From the NCBI GenBank assembly GCA_030167865.1, contig JALAGF010003431.1, forward strand, positions 1 to 51,752: a stretch of 51,752 bases of DNA, written 5' to 3'. Each line of letters begins with the position of its first letter. Positions within the stretch are counted from its first letter, which is position 1. The DNA comes from Craspedostauros australis (Eukaryota). The notes below the pieces were generated by a model. The model made no database searches and was not told the origin of the DNA. It saw only the letters and a program-made list of their open reading frames with translations. This document shows positions 31,401-41,306 of this stretch, piece by piece. A program made the position numbers and the translations under genes.

Positions 31401-34303
31401 ACGTGCTGGTCGATTCCAACTTCCGTGCCAAGGTGACCGACTTTGGTTTGAGCGCCAAGAAGACCATGAACGCGGTTGGCACACCGTACTGGATGGCCCC
31501 GGAGCTGCTGCGCGGTGAATCCTCCAACACGGTCGAAAGCGACATCTATTCCTTCGGCATTGTGTTGTTCGAGATCTTTTCGCGCAAGGTGCCGTACCAT
31601 GGCGAAGATCATGAGAATGTGTTGGTGGACGTGTGCAACTTATCCCGCAACAAACGGCCTAAACTTCCAAACACTTGCACCGAGCGGATCGTCAACATGT
31701 ACGAGCAGTGCGTCCACTTCGATCCCACGCAACGACCCACTTCCGAGCAGATGGATCTGTTCCTGAAGGTGGAGAAGGAAGTGATCGAGCACACCGATAC
31801 TCTGGAAGCCACGAATAAGGAACTCGAAGAGGCGAATCATCAGATCGCCGCCGCGGCGGCACTGCAGTTGCAGCACTTTGCCTGCATGTCGCATGAGATC
31901 CGCACCCCTCTGAACTGCATCATCGGGCTGTCCAGCTTGATGGAGGAGTCGGATCTCACGGCACAGCAACGCGAGTCGATGCAAATGATTGTGTCATCCG
32001 GAAATCTCCTGCGTTGCATCGTCGACGATGTGCTCGACTACTCCAAGTTGGAATCCGGCAACGTCGTCATCGACGTGCGGCGCGTGAACTTGCAAGTGCT
32101 GCTCTCCAGCGTCATCCAGTCCATCCGCATAAGCCCAGTCGCTGAATCCAAGCACCTCACCATCCGATGCGATTACAGTCCTTCCTTGACGGAGCACTTC
32201 CAAATGGACAGTCGAAGGTTGCAGCAGATCCTGTACAATCTGCTGAGCAATGCCATCAAGTTCTCCAAAGCTGGCGGCCAGGTGGAACTGAGCGTGTCGA
32301 TCCTGAAGAACGCCCGATCGACGACGGTGTCGCACCCAGATTCGGGACGCATCATCCGCTTCGTCGTTCTCGACCACGGCAAGGGAATCGAACGCTCCGA
32401 TTTCAGGAAGATCTTCGAGCCCTTCAAGCAGACGCGCACCGGAATCGAGAACTTGGACGGTGGGACAGGCCTCGGGCTGGCCATCACGAAGCGGTTGGTG
32501 GAAGCCCTTGGCGGCTGCATCAACGTAGATTCGATCGTCGGGTCATGGACAAAGTTCACTGTGGATTTCCCATTCGAAGGGCAAACCGCGGCTCTCGAAA
32601 AGGCGGCAGATCGACTCAGCAAGGCGGAGATTTGCTTGATCGGCGAACCTAGCGACGACACCCGGCAAGCAATGAACGTCTTTGGTCTCTTCTCAATCCG
32701 GATCGTGCAATACAACGAGCTGACGACATGCTTGGAGAAGATCAAGAACAGGCGCAACGACCAGGAAGCACGTTCGCTCATCTTCCTGATGCAGGAGGGC
32801 AAGTACGACCCTGCAGCATTCAATCGTTTACCGCCGCATTCACAGGCCTCGTTGGTGACCTACGGTCCCAAATTCATCGTGAAGCACGCCAAGTTCCACT
32901 ATAATTCGCTGACGGACGTCTTCCCCATCGTGTTGCTGGAAACGCTGGGAAGCTGCGTGTCCAACATCAGCCCAGTGATGAACTCACGCCGCTGGTCGCA
33001 AATCGATCCCAAGCACGTCGCGCAGGCCAGCAGCAAGATTCCGATGTCCGACCTGCGCCTCATCATTGCGGATGATAACATCGTCAATCAGAAGGTGCTG
33101 AAGCGCATCGTCAATCGGCTGGGCATCAAGCACGCCAAGGTGGTTGGCGACGGGAAAGAAGCTGTGGAATTGGAGGCCAGCGAAGAATTCGACATCATCC
33201 TCATGGACATGCAAATGCCCGTCATGGATGGGCTGGAGGCGTGCAAATTGATCAACAGACGCGTCGGAGGTCATCCACGCGCAAAGATCGTATTCGTCAC
33301 GGCTCACGTTTCCGATGAATTCAAGACAACCTGCCTGGAGAATGGCGCGACGGGATATCTTCCCAAGCCATGCACCATCGACAGCGTCAAGAGCGTCATC
33401 CAAGAAGCAGCTCCGATGGTGAAAGATTCATCCGCAGGCGCTTCGTCAGATGAGAAGGCAGACAGCGAAGGGGGATCGGGCCCGCTCTACCCGGCGCATC
33501 CAAGAAGGACGACACTCACGCAGACGACGATGTCGATGGCGGCGGCGGAAGCAGCGTTGACTGCATCGTCCACGGGAACAAGCCAACCGGCAGGCGAGGG
33601 GGTCACAGTTGCAGAGTCTTCATTGAGCCCACCCCCAGTTGCAAAGCCACCACTATTCTCGTCGCTGGCTGATCATACGCCCAAATCGCCAGCCGGGCCT
33701 CTACTTGTACCGCTGCCACCTGCCGGTTCATCGCACGGCGCATCGAAAGAAAGAGCTGCCACTGCCGGAGGTGTCGGGGAAAGCACTTCAACCAATCACG
33801 CTCGAGGATCGGCGGTGGAAGCGTTGGAAACAGCACCGGTAGCAGAGATGGCACCAGTACCGCCTGCGTTTGCACAACAGAAGCAAGCTCCTGCGCTCAC
33901 ATTCAGCGATCTTCGCGTTCTGATCGCCGATGACATCGTCGTGAACCAAAAGGTTCTGAAACGTATCGTGAATCGTATCGGCATCAAGCACGTGAAGGTG
34001 GTGGACAACGGCCGCAAGGCAGCTGATCTGGAAGCCGAGGAAGCCTTCGATGTCGTGCTCATGGATTTACAAATGCCAGTCATGGACGGGCTGGAGTCTT
34101 GCAAGATCATCGTCAGCCGGACGCCCACCATGTCGGAAGGCAATCGCCATCCGCCTGCAAAGATCGTGTTTGTCACGGCGCATGTTTCGGAAGAGTTCAA
34201 GACCAACTGCATGGCCAACGGTGCTGCGGGGTACCTTCCGAAACCTTGTTCCGTCGGCAGCGTGAAAGACATACTCATGCGTGTCCTGTCGATAGAAGAA
34301 TGA
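28406..34303 (+). CDS. Single-pass receptor: PhnD/phosphonate-binding-like ectodomain - Cys-rich region - TM - Ser/Thr(TKL) kinase - HisKA - HATPase - degenerate REC - REC - REC
   Basis: Uninterrupted 1965-aa ORF with a signal-like stretch from ATG 28622. PBP domain ~29243-30000 ('YTVGVLAIRG', 'VNPSAFSCIE', 'FGGVIVAR', 'DVGFIRTD', 'TPLYPEW'); TM ~30509-30575. Kinase motifs GQGTFG, VAVK, HGDLK..N, DFG, GTPYWMAPE, DIYSFG. H-box 'SHEIRTPLN', N 'NLLSNAIKF', G1 'DHGKGI', G2 'GGTGLGLAI'. Two receivers: 'ILMDMQMPVMDG' and 'VLMDLQMPVMDG'. Confidence 0.95.
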   Translation: MAQSRLRVQLLRSQSQQTDHQSDNRHHQHHHRHHHRHHHRQKQKQQEPKHQRRPKTRKRCDNHNAQSNIKVRMMGAIASAAIVVAFVFAVDASLPSIVVAAAATTTIASSLSGHSSPSHALRHELHEKASHSDQMTASGPVEPMQITLTSIVTPAPQHVPQHAPSTQQLLSPLHDSHEMMDQTGATLDTEEDYNNDNNNNHDTDNGINIDARINIGESHALEVPQHHFPPEQQQQQQQQQQHQLQLQRTLMAIDSNSSASIAKSCNPKQPFNEAKYQTSYTVGVLAIRGVESAFREFNATFADYLSATAGRHFVGANITFRMEALNFRTVFESVADESVDYVYVNPSAFSCIESQYTARSLVSQISRRKVQGNVYDLKKFGGVIVARSDRDDITSVLDLEDKIVAAASISGLGSGQMQFLEMINNGMSYINDPKQLVFTSNQGKVVQGVLNRTFDVGFIRTDQLERSKDWNGDPVNLFDFKIIDAKENLEIDGEPFPFSASTPLYPEWNLAALDHVSDEISQEVQSAMLAMSEHAEVVQEYIACKEEHDFSIADTDGASSLEEYCSEQVVFQRHIDNGGQVRCDTTLEVAQLAHTAMQLGKNAGWQTTLSYMQLRSMQEATGFIQFDPTDNIWKCVRSASIYDSISCPANFVRKSESEVLEGCDRAGLMCAKGYQCLCSPCKQVKQCVTGAWVGDKCISYRVLLPSIILPCFFILAVVTLWCFELKRRQADAVFHVQPEDLVFMDPPVVIGQGTFGQVLLAEYRGTQVAVKRVIPPSDHRKKSTLDNIMAKSTGRTKHPNAGVGNRRSRVSISVDGRNHKHDNRPNITASTGDGDSSSHHVHTQVAEDGYRDLETQHQGSGSESLNLGLMSLGPGILRRSRNKGLSSSLDGIRSATSSSRGSRSYARLKADFIMEMKHLARLRHPCITTVMGAVISRTEEPMLVMEYMGNGSLFDVLHNPSIPMDSVRKFLMLQNIVQGLRFLHSANPQVVHGDLKSQNVLVDSNFRAKVTDFGLSAKKTMNAVGTPYWMAPELLRGESSNTVESDIYSFGIVLFEIFSRKVPYHGEDHENVLVDVCNLSRNKRPKLPNTCTERIVNMYEQCVHFDPTQRPTSEQMDLFLKVEKEVIEHTDTLEATNKELEEANHQIAAAAALQLQHFACMSHEIRTPLNCIIGLSSLMEESDLTAQQRESMQMIVSSGNLLRCIVDDVLDYSKLESGNVVIDVRRVNLQVLLSSVIQSIRISPVAESKHLTIRCDYSPSLTEHFQMDSRRLQQILYNLLSNAIKFSKAGGQVELSVSILKNARSTTVSHPDSGRIIRFVVLDHGKGIERSDFRKIFEPFKQTRTGIENLDGGTGLGLAITKRLVEALGGCINVDSIVGSWTKFTVDFPFEGQTAALEKAADRLSKAEICLIGEPSDDTRQAMNVFGLFSIRIVQYNELTTCLEKIKNRRNDQEARSLIFLMQEGKYDPAAFNRLPPHSQASLVTYGPKFIVKHAKFHYNSLTDVFPIVLLETLGSCVSNISPVMNSRRWSQIDPKHVAQASSKIPMSDLRLIIADDNIVNQKVLKRIVNRLGIKHAKVVGDGKEAVELEASEEFDIILMDMQMPVMDGLEACKLINRRVGGHPRAKIVFVTAHVSDEFKTTCLENGATGYLPKPCTIDSVKSVIQEAAPMVKDSSAGASSDEKADSEGGSGPLYPAHPRRTTLTQTTMSMAAAEAALTASSTGTSQPAGEGVTVAESSLSPPPVAKPPLFSSLADHTPKSPAGPLLVPLPPAGSSHGASKERAATAGGVGESTSTNHARGSAVEALETAPVAEMAPVPPAFAQQKQAPALTFSDLRVLIADDIVVNQKVLKRIVNRIGIKHVKVVDNGRKAADLEAEEAFDVVLMDLQMPVMDGLESCKIIVSRTPTMSEGNRHPPAKIVFVTAHVSEEFKTNCMANGAAGYLPKPCSVGSVKDILMRVLSIEE

Positions 34304-35428
34304 GAGTACTTGGCACGGAGATGAAAGACGGGATTGGGGAATGACGCCGAATCAGTGCCGATACGCCTTCGTCGTATGATCGTCACAAGAGGAGAACATG
34401 GAGATGACGAGGCACGAATGGACCGTGATAAGTAATTGATCCTTGATGCACTCTATTGGTGCATGCTCGTACTTTATTCTAGAGCGCAAACACTTTTGAA
34501 GGACTTTCAATCAAAACCTCGTCTGAGTTGGTGTGCATTCTCAGATTCGGACTCGTCGAGTGACCCTTGGCTATCACCATCCGGTGCATTGTGGATTGGT
34601 GCTCTACTCGCCACATGTTCGTTGTCCTCTCTGTGGTAGCGAATCGTGTCATGGGCAATCGGAAGGGGACTGGTGATGTGCGTGAAAAGAGGCGAAAAAC
34701 GGAAGCTGGCGGTGCGAAGAATCGGAAGCGAGGCGGTGATGGGCACACGAACACACCAGAGTAGTCCCCCTCCAGAGAACTCGGAGTGTCATTGTCGGAG
34801 TCCAAGTAGAGTTGGGTGTCTTTCTTTGCGTTTTATATATTCTTTATTATGTATCTCGCTCTTCCTTGCAGTTGCTTGTGTGTACGAGTTGATAGCGGTA
34901 TGGAGATGGTATCGTAAGTGTAGTACCACGCTAAGTCTCCTCTCTCTTTGGAGAGACTGCGGAGGCGCGAAGGCTTGAATGCATCCGTACGACTCGCAGT
35001 ATGGTGCGGTATGAATCACGACTATTCATCAGATCTTCGTATTGCGACGGAGAGATTGCCACCGTCGCATTTCGTTGATGCGACGCTATTTTTTGCGTTG
35101 CCTCATTCGTTCGCTCATCAATCCCTCGCTCTGGCTTCTACCTCGCTGTCAACATCAGCTGACACCATCGGCCAGAGTATCTTCGTTGGGTTTGTCGCAT
35201 CGGCTTGTTCCCTCCCCCTCTTGCCAACGACGTTGGCCCATTACAGTGATTCGGTCTTCGTCGAAGCCCGTGCAAAATTGTTGCTGGCATTGCTGTTGTG
35301 AATGTTCCCTCCCCTTCACAATCAAAATGCCCCATCTCCGACTCTTCTTGCTTGTTGCCATCGCTTGGCCGTCTGCTGCTCTCTGTGACGTGCTGACCAC
35401 CCAAAATCGCAGATCAGCATTGAGTACT

Positions 35429-36424
35429 CTATTGGACTGGACGCGAAAGCTCCGGGCTGAGATGATCGTTCTTGCGGCGGAATATGTTGCGCATGCGATG
35501 GACGAGCGACCGATGTCGGCGGTGATTGCGCTTCGTTGGCTTGTGTACAGATTGCATAGATCCGCTGGCAGAGTCGTGCCCGTTGGAGAAGGCACCGTTC
35601 ACGGTATTGTTCTTCACCCAAAGTTGAATCGTGCTGTCGTCGATGACTCCCAGCCCCTTCGGTTGTTGTTGGGGCTGTTGGGGCTGCAGCTGCGGCTGTG
35701 AGTGCGCCGTGCGGAATATAGATGCCCGGTTTCCACTCCCGTCAGAGCTGATCTTGGAACGCTTACTTTCCCTGCGCTCGTATGCAGCTCCATCCGTCGT
35801 GCTGACCTTGGTCGGCTGATTCTCGTAGTTGATGGCCGTGTTGCTCTTGCCTTTGCTGGTGCGCGCCGCATGACCATTGTCGATAGCCTCCTCATGCGGA
35901 AGCATGCATCGCATTCCGTTGTAGTAGTCCTCCTTGTACATGGTCTGGAGCTTGCAGTTGAGCTCATCCATGTCATCGTAGGAGATGAGACGTGAGTCCT
36001 GCTGAAGCACAGGCAAAGGGCTGAGGACGGGAGAAAGGATGATGGTCGGGATGTGTTCGCGGGTCTTATCGACTGTCTGCTTCACGGAGTGGTCGTCGTG
36101 ATGCGCGTTGCTGGTGGCGATAGGCGCTTCGTAGGGGTATCGGGATGGATACAAGTGCTGTCTCCGTTGCTGCTGATGCTGTTGGTGTTGACGATAACGC
36201 TGCTGCCTGCGCTGTTGACGTTGGTGGTATGAAGCTGATGGATGTTGCGATTGCATCTGGAGGAGTTGGTTTCTGTTGCGTGGATGTCTTGTGGTGGTGT
36301 GATCGCTCGTACGAGTATTGTGAGAGTGTGGAGCAGCTTTGCGTCGAAGTCCTCCGTCATTCATGCTGCTGGCTGCCTTGTTGGCTGCGCGGTTGGTTTG
36401 CATGGTGATGTTTGCTGTATGCAT
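35429..36424 (-). CDS. Hypothetical low-complexity (Q/H/S-rich) protein, 331 aa
   Basis: Longest ORF in the interval, ATG start, poly-Gln/His tracts like those in neighbouring genes; no recognisable domain. Confidence 0.55.
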   Translation of the reverse strand: MHTANITMQTNRAANKAASSMNDGGLRRKAAPHSHNTRTSDHTTTRHPRNRNQLLQMQSQHPSASYHQRQQRRQQRYRQHQQHQQQRRQHLYPSRYPYEAPIATSNAHHDDHSVKQTVDKTREHIPTIILSPVLSPLPVLQQDSRLISYDDMDELNCKLQTMYKEDYYNGMRCMLPHEEAIDNGHAARTSKGKSNTAINYENQPTKVSTTDGAAYERRESKRSKISSDGSGNRASIFRTAHSQPQLQPQQPQQQPKGLGVIDDSTIQLWVKNNTVNGAFSNGHDSASGSMQSVHKPTKRNHRRHRSLVHRMRNIFRRKNDHLSPELSRPVQ

Positions 36425-37853
36425 TCTTGTGTGTTTTGTGTCTTGGTTTGTCTCCTTGATTTGTGTCTGGTCTGGGCTTGTGCCGTGTTGCGCTGTCGAG
36501 ATTGATCACTTGTTCGTGGGCGTCCCTGATGTCGGTCTTGGCGGGTTGGTTCGGAGGGCAGGCGAGATGGCGATCTTGTTTGGGCGAAGGGCGCGGTACG
36601 AGTGTTGGCATGCACGAGTGGTTGTGGCGCGTCTGGTGTTCCGAACGAGGTCGAGAATTTGTGTTTGTTCTGATGTTCTCTTGTTGTGGACTGTTGGGAT
36701 GCCGTTCCTGTTTTTATGATGGCGACCGCTTTCTTTCTTGCTTTCTTCCTTGTGCGATTGTGCGATTGTGCGATTTGGTGATTTGAATCGAGTGCAATGG
36801 AGCCAAAGTATGGCACATGGCGGTCCATGGTACTCTCACATAGTCGTAGAGCAGAGGACCTCCTCCAAAGAGTACTTGCATGCGGTGCTGTCTCTCTCTG
36901 CCACTGCGCGCTGAACTGAGATGTGTGCATCATTTGGGCGGCCGCTTTTGTTGGCTTATCGACCGCACGCCTCCCAAATGTTGTCACGATTGGATCGGCA
37001 CGATCTCGGAACCATGTGCATGGCGTGAAAGGCCAATCGAACAGTTATTTTCAAATGTGGCACGTTGCCAACCGACGAACTTACTTAACATTCCTCATTC
37101 CCATTCCGTCCGGCGCTGTCTTTTCGGACAATACCACGACTCCATGCGCCAACCGACTCCTCTCAGCTCTCTCGATGAACCCACCAACGTCGTTCGCACA
37201 GAATGCAGCGGGCGTTGCCTCCCACTCATCACACGAGAAGTATCCTCGATCATCCTCGCATCACCCACACACACAAGGCACACACACCCGTACCTACATC
37301 ATACTCTGCCCGTACTCGCACTCTGTCCTGTCACAACTTGGTATTCGTACGATTGATGGCAATTCCTCTGTTGTCTAGTACCATATGGTGGGCATGTATG
37401 TAAGCAACACACACACAAACACTCTACTATGCTATATTCTGGAGATAGAGATAGAGGGCTAACATCCGTCCGCACGAATAGTTTTGCATTGTTAGCACGT
37501 GTAACAGAAAGTGTGCTGTCCTATTATACAATACGAGAGACCGTGCTGCACGTAGCATATTACATATTCTATTATAAAATATTATATAATATAACAGTAT
37601 AATAATATGTACTCCATCTACGGTCGTATCCGCACTGCCATACTCGGACGGACACGAATGTAATCCACATCTCATCCGTGAGTACGCCACGAAACAAACA
37701 CCAACCACTCATCACCCACGCCATCAACCCATCAGCGGTTCGGTGAAAGAGGATGGGACTCAGGACCAAAAACACACCAACGGAAAAACTCCTTCATGCT
37801 CACCGCTTCGTCGATGATCAGAGCTCTTGCCACCTCCACTCGTACCAAACTGC

Positions 37854-40800
37854 TTACTTGCGCATCTTCATCCTCGTGAAGAAGCTCCGCAATCGTTCCA
37901 CCGTCTCATTCATGGTTGAATCACGCCATTGGTTCCCACTGGAAGTCAACCACTGAGGCAATTGTTTGGCAACACGACTGTCGGTTTGGTACCGCTGATC
38001 CAGCAGCACGATGGCGGCGTGGTCGTTGGCATGGCGGATGGCACGTCCGACACTTTGGTTGACGGCACGCATGCAGAGGTTGTGATAGTATGCCTGGGAG
38101 GACAGCGCGTTGCCTCCACCGTCGCGTTGTTCGTCCAACAGCTTCATTTTCTCCTGCAAAATCGGATCCGTGATGTCGGCGTACGGCAGGCCAACGATGA
38201 CCACACCACGACCCAGTTCGTTGGCGAAGTTGATTCCCTCCGACAGCTTGCCACCCACGACGCTGAATAACAGGGCGCCATTCCCGCAACCATCCAACGC
38301 CGCGTCGCCAAATCCCCGCAGCACCTTCTCCACGTCGCTCGATGACTTTGGTTCTTGGAAAACGCGTTTGATGGATCGCAGATCCTTCCAGATCACCCCG
38401 CCCTGCTCTCGTTTCCAGAACTCGATCAACTCCGATTCGTACTTGTAGCTGGGCAAAAATACGACCACGCCATTCGGAATGTTACGGCAGATTCGGAGCA
38501 ACGCCATGCCCAGTGCCCGGCATACGGCTGGGGTGGACCGTTGCTTGTGCCGAAAGTCCAGGACGGTGGAGTTGACCTTGCCGATAGCTTGAAGTAGCAC
38601 ATTGCTGGGTGACACGACGTGAGAGCACGAAAAGGCCGTGAAACGACCTTGGTGCAAGACTGGCGCTGCATCGTTGGCAACGCAGGATGGTGTTGATGGA
38701 GTGGTCTGGAAGAAGCGATCGGCCGCCCCTGCCGCATCGATGAGATCATGATTGTCTTGGCGATCGTTTCCCGCGGACATCGTTGTGTTGCCCAACGAAC
38801 CGAACAATTCCGATGCCACATGCCCGAAGGGTCGGAGCGTGCCACCGACCAAGCACAAGGCATGAGGTTGCTCCAGCAAGTCCTGGCAGTATTCGGATGG
38901 GTGCAGCAGCACGTATCGAATTTGTGACGCTGTTCCGTAGTCCAGGAGAATCTTGCCATGGCGCGACGTTTGGGATAGCTTGACCAAGAATGTTTCCAGA
39001 ACGGACATGGGTGAAACGTGCTTGGAGAGGGAGGAGTTGCTGTGAAGGTCGCCGACGCTTTGATGTTGCTGTTGCGTATCGACGGATCGTTCATGATTCA
39101 TGAATCCGAGCAGCTTCTGCGACAGCCTGGACTCCTTCATGTAACGCAGCAATGGGTAGAGATTGATATTTGCCAACTTGAGCTCGATCATCAGCTGTGA
39201 CGTGGGGATCAAGTTTGACGAACGCGTTGATGCTGCTGCCGTCGCCTTTGCCTGTCGTTGCTTCGCCTTTTTGAAGTGCTTCAAGATGTTCTGGCAGATC
39301 ATTGCGAGTTGTCGCAAATAGTGCAAGTTACGGCTCCCCAAACGTCGCAGATACTTCTGAACGTACTTTTGGAGCTGTTGGTTGGCGGCCTGAACGACTG
39401 TGATCGACAGTGCCGCACCAAACATGTTGGTCATGATTTCGCTGAGATTGTGCGCCTCGTCGATGATGACGACATTGTCCTTCAATGATAGCTGCAGCGA
39501 TTGCCGTGTTTCCTTGGACACCAGCATGGAATACGGCAGCACGATCAATTCCGCAGCTGCGATGGCTTCACGCGACGCGTAATAAGCGCATGTCTGAACG
39601 GCCTGCCCAAGACGCGCAGTCTCCTCAATGTCGGTCGGCTGCGTGAGGAGGTGCAATGCCAATGTGGACACAGCATCTGCATCGGACTTGTATGGACATC
39701 CAGATGACGACGACGACGACGATCGTTTGACATTCGATTTAGAGGTGCTCTTTTGCAGATCCAAACACGTCTCCGTCCAGTCTGCATCGTTCTTTTTGCT
39801 TTTGCCCTTGAATTTGGGGTCCATCGCAAGGTACCCACAGACGCCCGCAGTTGACCTGCTGCCAAGCGCAATCGCACGCAGAGACTTGCCCCAGTGGGTT
39901 TTGCGCACTTCCGCAAGGAATTGGGACAGCTGCGAATGCGTGCGTGCGGCGTAGAGTATCTTGCGGACACCGTTGCCAGATTGCGACGCTGCATTTGCCT
40001 TTGCTTGTTTCGACGATGATGCTTTCACTCCAAATTGCTTGCGCGTCGTTGCGTTGCTCGTACCGACCAGTAACGACCCAGCAAGGCGATTCGCATTCAG
40101 CAACAGACCTGGCTTGTCTGCAGGTACATCAGTCTCTGTGCCCCTTTGGTTGCTGTTCATCTTGGAGATGATCTTCGTTGCACCTTTCGCACCATTGCCA
40201 TTTCTCTTCGAATTTTCCTTTGCGCTATCATAGTGATCGTCGCTAGCATCATCATCACTTTCACTATCATCATCGTCGAGATCGAAATCGCGGCCACCAA
40301 ACATACCAAGCCCAATGCGATTCGTGTCTGCGGAAGCTCCGATCCCATCACTGTACTCCGGCAAGCAAAAATCGACCTCTTTTATGTCGGTCCGTTGTTT
40401 CGATGACGACTTTGCATCCCTTCGGCGCTTTTTCTGAAGATGAGGCGAGGTCTGCGACCGGATGGCGCTCCTGAGCCCATGTATGCGTTGCTGCTGAATG
40501 ACATCCGCACGCTTGATCTCGTCATAGCCGTCATGTTCATATGCCAACTGCAACGGTTGCCGTATGCGAATCAAGGCTCTGTCCAAGTCACGCCTCGCCT
40601 TGACCGCATTCTGCAGTGTGGAATCGCCATTGGCTTGCAGCTGACCGGTCTCCTCGATGTCGGTGGGCACATCGGCAGTTGTGGCAAGCTGCCTGGCTGG
40701 CACAGGAGTATTCATATTCAAGCCGCTGCTTGCATGCTGACGTACGGCAGTGCCTGTATGTGGAAGAAGATCTGCAGCAGAGCACCGCTGACAGTCGATC

Positions 40801-41102
40801 TCCTCCTGACGTTTGAGCCACGCAATCGTGGAGCATGCCAATGAAAGAGATTTGCCGGTGCCTGTGGGGGATTCCAGCATGAGCACGTGCGTTCTGCTAT
40901 TTCTGGTTGCCACGGCGTCGCCAGCTTTCTTGTTTCCGTCCAATCCATCCAGCACAGCTTGCATCAGCTGCACCTGCTGTTGGTAGGGCTCGGCGTACGG
41001 AAAGGGAACATCTGCAACTGCCAATGGTGGCAGCGTTGGAGTGGCTGCGTCGTGTTCACAGTCATCCTTGCTGTTCATGGTAGACTCCTCCTCATGGACC
41101 AT
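37854..41102 (-). CDS. DDX11: ATP-dependent Fe-S DNA helicase DDX11/ChlR1/Chl1 (XPD family)
   Basis: Q motif 'FPYAEPYQQQ', Walker A 'LESPTGTGKSLSL', 'YAARTHSQLSQF', four candidate Fe-S cysteines (GVC, TCLDL, GCPY, TCAYYASR), 'IDEAHNL', 'GGTL', 'VVFLPSY', 'VVGGKLSEGINF' and 'CMRAVNQSVGRAIRHAND'. Confidence 0.96.
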   Translation of the reverse strand: MVHEEESTMNSKDDCEHDAATPTLPPLAVADVPFPYAEPYQQQVQLMQAVLDGLDGNKKAGDAVATRNSRTHVLMLESPTGTGKSLSLACSTIAWLKRQEEIDCQRCSAADLLPHTGTAVRQHASSGLNMNTPVPARQLATTADVPTDIEETGQLQANGDSTLQNAVKARRDLDRALIRIRQPLQLAYEHDGYDEIKRADVIQQQRIHGLRSAIRSQTSPHLQKKRRRDAKSSSKQRTDIKEVDFCLPEYSDGIGASADTNRIGLGMFGGRDFDLDDDDSESDDDASDDHYDSAKENSKRNGNGAKGATKIISKMNSNQRGTETDVPADKPGLLLNANRLAGSLLVGTSNATTRKQFGVKASSSKQAKANAASQSGNGVRKILYAARTHSQLSQFLAEVRKTHWGKSLRAIALGSRSTAGVCGYLAMDPKFKGKSKKNDADWTETCLDLQKSTSKSNVKRSSSSSSSGCPYKSDADAVSTLALHLLTQPTDIEETARLGQAVQTCAYYASREAIAAAELIVLPYSMLVSKETRQSLQLSLKDNVVIIDEAHNLSEIMTNMFGAALSITVVQAANQQLQKYVQKYLRRLGSRNLHYLRQLAMICQNILKHFKKAKQRQAKATAAASTRSSNLIPTSQLMIELKLANINLYPLLRYMKESRLSQKLLGFMNHERSVDTQQQHQSVGDLHSNSSLSKHVSPMSVLETFLVKLSQTSRHGKILLDYGTASQIRYVLLHPSEYCQDLLEQPHALCLVGGTLRPFGHVASELFGSLGNTTMSAGNDRQDNHDLIDAAGAADRFFQTTPSTPSCVANDAAPVLHQGRFTAFSCSHVVSPSNVLLQAIGKVNSTVLDFRHKQRSTPAVCRALGMALLRICRNIPNGVVVFLPSYKYESELIEFWKREQGGVIWKDLRSIKRVFQEPKSSSDVEKVLRGFGDAALDGCGNGALLFSVVGGKLSEGINFANELGRGVVIVGLPYADITDPILQEKMKLLDEQRDGGGNALSSQAYYHNLCMRAVNQSVGRAIRHANDHAAIVLLDQRYQTDSRVAKQLPQWLTSSGNQWRDSTMNETVERLRSFFTRMKMRK

Positions 41103-41282
41103 CGGCTCCTTCTTGTGAATGGCTGGAGTTCTTCTTTCGATTGTGTAATTGCTCTCTTCTGACTTTCTTGTTGTGTTGTTTGGTTGATTTCTTGGTTGCT
41201 TCCTTCCTTCCTTCCTTCAACTGTGCGCAATGGCACGCAGAACACGACCAAGCAAGCACGAAGATGGAGATGAAACACGCAA

Positions 41283-41306
41283 TTCAAAAATGTTTCGCGC
41301 CAAAAA
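41283..41306 (-). promoter_or_regulatory. Consensus E2F site (TTTGGCGCGAAA) followed after 4 nt by a CHR-like TTTGAA, ~190 bp upstream of DDX11
   Basis: Minus strand TTTTTGGCGCGAAACATTTTTGAA; function is inferred. Confidence 0.55.
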
